NCBI GenBank assembly: GCA_964016885.1
Contig: OZ024742.1
Location: 72,602,001-72,666,000 of the forward strand
DNA length: 64,000 nucleotides
Reading direction: 5' to 3'
Source: Eledone cirrhosa
Lineage: Eukaryota
The notes under the pieces: generated by a model
Told to the model about the DNA's origin: nothing
Database searches by the model: none
What the model saw: the letters and a program-made list of their open reading frames with translations, nothing else
Shown: one piece after another, positions 61,875 to 64,000 of the stretch
Layout of the letters: the number at the start of each line of letters is the position of its first letter
Position numbering within the stretch: position 1 is the first letter of the stretch
Made by a program: the position numbers and the translations under genes

Positions 61875-63988
61875 GGTGGCTGCCAACTCGTTTTCGAGTA
61901 CGGCCACTACTTTATATCCATGTAGGAGAACCCCTACCGATGCGCTGAACGAGTGTGACTTTTTAGTCCAGCCAGCTTGAAAACTCTGGTACAAACACTA
62001 CACTTGTGACAATTATTGACACATGGTGCTGTGCCCATGGTACCATGTAACGACAAGTGCAGAGAGATCTCCAGATATAAAGCAATGCCTGTGCCGTGAA
62101 GCTTTTATAGTGAGCAAAGGCACTGCACAAGGCCAGTCCCACTCTCTTAACCAAGATGATATTTACCAAAAAGAAGAACAAGTCAACATCATTGGATATC
62201 ATCAGGGTTGCAGGTGTTATATCAGAGTTTTCCTTCTCCTAGAATTCTGCCTTGACAAAGGCTAAGGGGGTCATGTCTCCCGGTGATTTTGGATGGCCAT
62301 TGACTCTTAAGAGCTCCTTTGCCCTTTGATATATATACATACATATATATATACATACATATACATACATATATATATGTACATGCATACATACATACAT
62401 ACATATATACGTACATACATACATATATATGTACATGCATACATACATACATACATATATACGTACATACATACATATATATGTACATACATACATGGTG
62501 GTGGCTGCCAACTCGTTTTCGAGTACGGCCACCACTTTACATCCATGTAGGAGAGAACCCCTACCGATGCACTCTGGTACAAACACTACACTTGTGACAA
62601 TTATTGACACAGTGCTGGACCCATGGTACCATGTGACAACAAGTGCAGAGAGATCTCCAGATACGAAGCAATGCCTGTGCCGTGAAGCTTTTATAGTGAG
62701 CAAAGGCACTGCACAAAACCAGTCCCACTCTCTTAACCAAGATGATATTTACCAAAAAGAAGAACAAGTCAACATCATTGGATACCATCAGGGTTGCAGG
62801 TGTTATATCAGAGTTTTCCTTCTCCTAGAATTCTGCCCTGACAAAGGCTAAGGGGTCATCTCTCCCGGTGATTTTGGATGGCAATTGGCTCTTAAGAGCT
62901 CCTTCGACAGGTTTTGTTTTTAGTCCTGCAGGATGTCCAAAGTCACCCTCCTCACCAAGAAACCTTGGTGGGGTTGCCAGTTTAGTCGCCAACGACCCGA
63001 CCATGGGACAGGTTGTACTGGGATACATGTTACCAGTAGCACCAACTGGTGACCTGACATATGTATGTATGTACATATATATGTACATACATACATATAT
63101 ATGTACATACATACATATATATGTACATACATACATATATATGTACATACATACATATATATGTACATACATACATATATATGTACATACATACATATAT
63201 ATGTACATACATACATAAATATATACATACATACATATATATGTACATACATCATAAATATATACATACATACATATATATGTACATACATACATAAATA
63301 TATACATACATACATATATATGTACATACATACATAAATATATACATACATATATATATATGTACATACATACATAAATATATACATACATACATATATA
63401 TGTACATACATACATAAATATATACATACATACATATATATGTACATACATACATAAATATATACATACATACATATATATGTACATACATACATACATA
63501 TATATGTACATACATACATAAATATATATGTACATACATACATGGTGGCTGCCAACTCGTTTTCGAGTACGGCCACTACTTTATATCCATGTAGGAGAAC
63601 CCCTACCGATGCGCTGAACGAGTGTGACTTTTTAGTCGAGCCAGCGACTTGAAAACTCTGGTACAAACACTACACTTGCGACAATTACTGACACATAGTG
63701 CTGGGCCCATGGTACCATGTGACGACAAGTGCAGAGAGATCTCCAGATATAAAGCAATGCCTGTGCCGTGAAGCTTTTATAGTGAGCAAAGGCACTGCAC
63801 AAAGCCAGTCCCACTCTCTTAACCAAGATGATATTTACCAAAAAGAAGAACAAGTCAACATCATTGGATACCATCAGGGTTGCAGGTGTTATATCAGAGT
63901 TTTCCTTCTCCTAGAATTCTGCCTTGACAAAGGCTAAGGGGTCATCTCTCCCGGTGATTTTGGATGGCCATTGACTCTTAAGAGCTCC
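61875..63988 (-). mobile_element. Three head-to-tail copies of a 450-560-bp non-coding, probably non-autonomous RTE-related element (61875-62328, 62497-63058, 63544-63988), each ending in (ATGT)n
   Basis: Highly similar units; the reverse strand has ctaggagaaggaaaactctga, a motif I recall from RTE/Bov-B 5' regions; no credible ORF. Confidence 0.7.
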
Positions 63989-64000
63989 TATAAATATATA

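Overview
Eukaryotic, AT-rich, repeat-dense genomic DNA. A cephalopod (Octopus-like) origin is inferred from the SINE, RTE and microsatellite content. The minus strand carries the N-terminal and central coding exons of a large Arf-GEF of the BIG1/BIG2 (ARFGEF1/2, Sec71) family. I mapped 22 GT-AG exons in consistent phase from 44661 to 942, covering the DCB, HUS, Sec7 ([14 protein letters not shown]) and start of the HDS regions. The first exons were not found, and the 3' end lies beyond position 1. Four of the exons are tandem duplicates of one charged linker exon. The introns hold a mariner, a truncated maT/DD37D-like element, piggyBac-type MITEs, tRNA-derived SINEs, and RTE, CR1, CRE-like, Tx1-like, R4/Dong and Penelope fragments, plus multi-kb microsatellites. 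The most notable observations: (1) a Penelope GIY-YIG copy with dense sense-strand A>G changes, consistent with an ADAR-hyperedited RNA written back into the genome; (2) several hand-folded type I hammerhead ribozyme motifs, in a 332-bp tandem repeat and in two inverted-repeat pairs, many on the host pre-mRNA strand; (3) frame-preserving tandem exon duplication; (4) a head-to-head RTE pair whose RT carries a C4HC3 PHD-like insertion. Most long ORFs in the supplied track are microsatellite artefacts.
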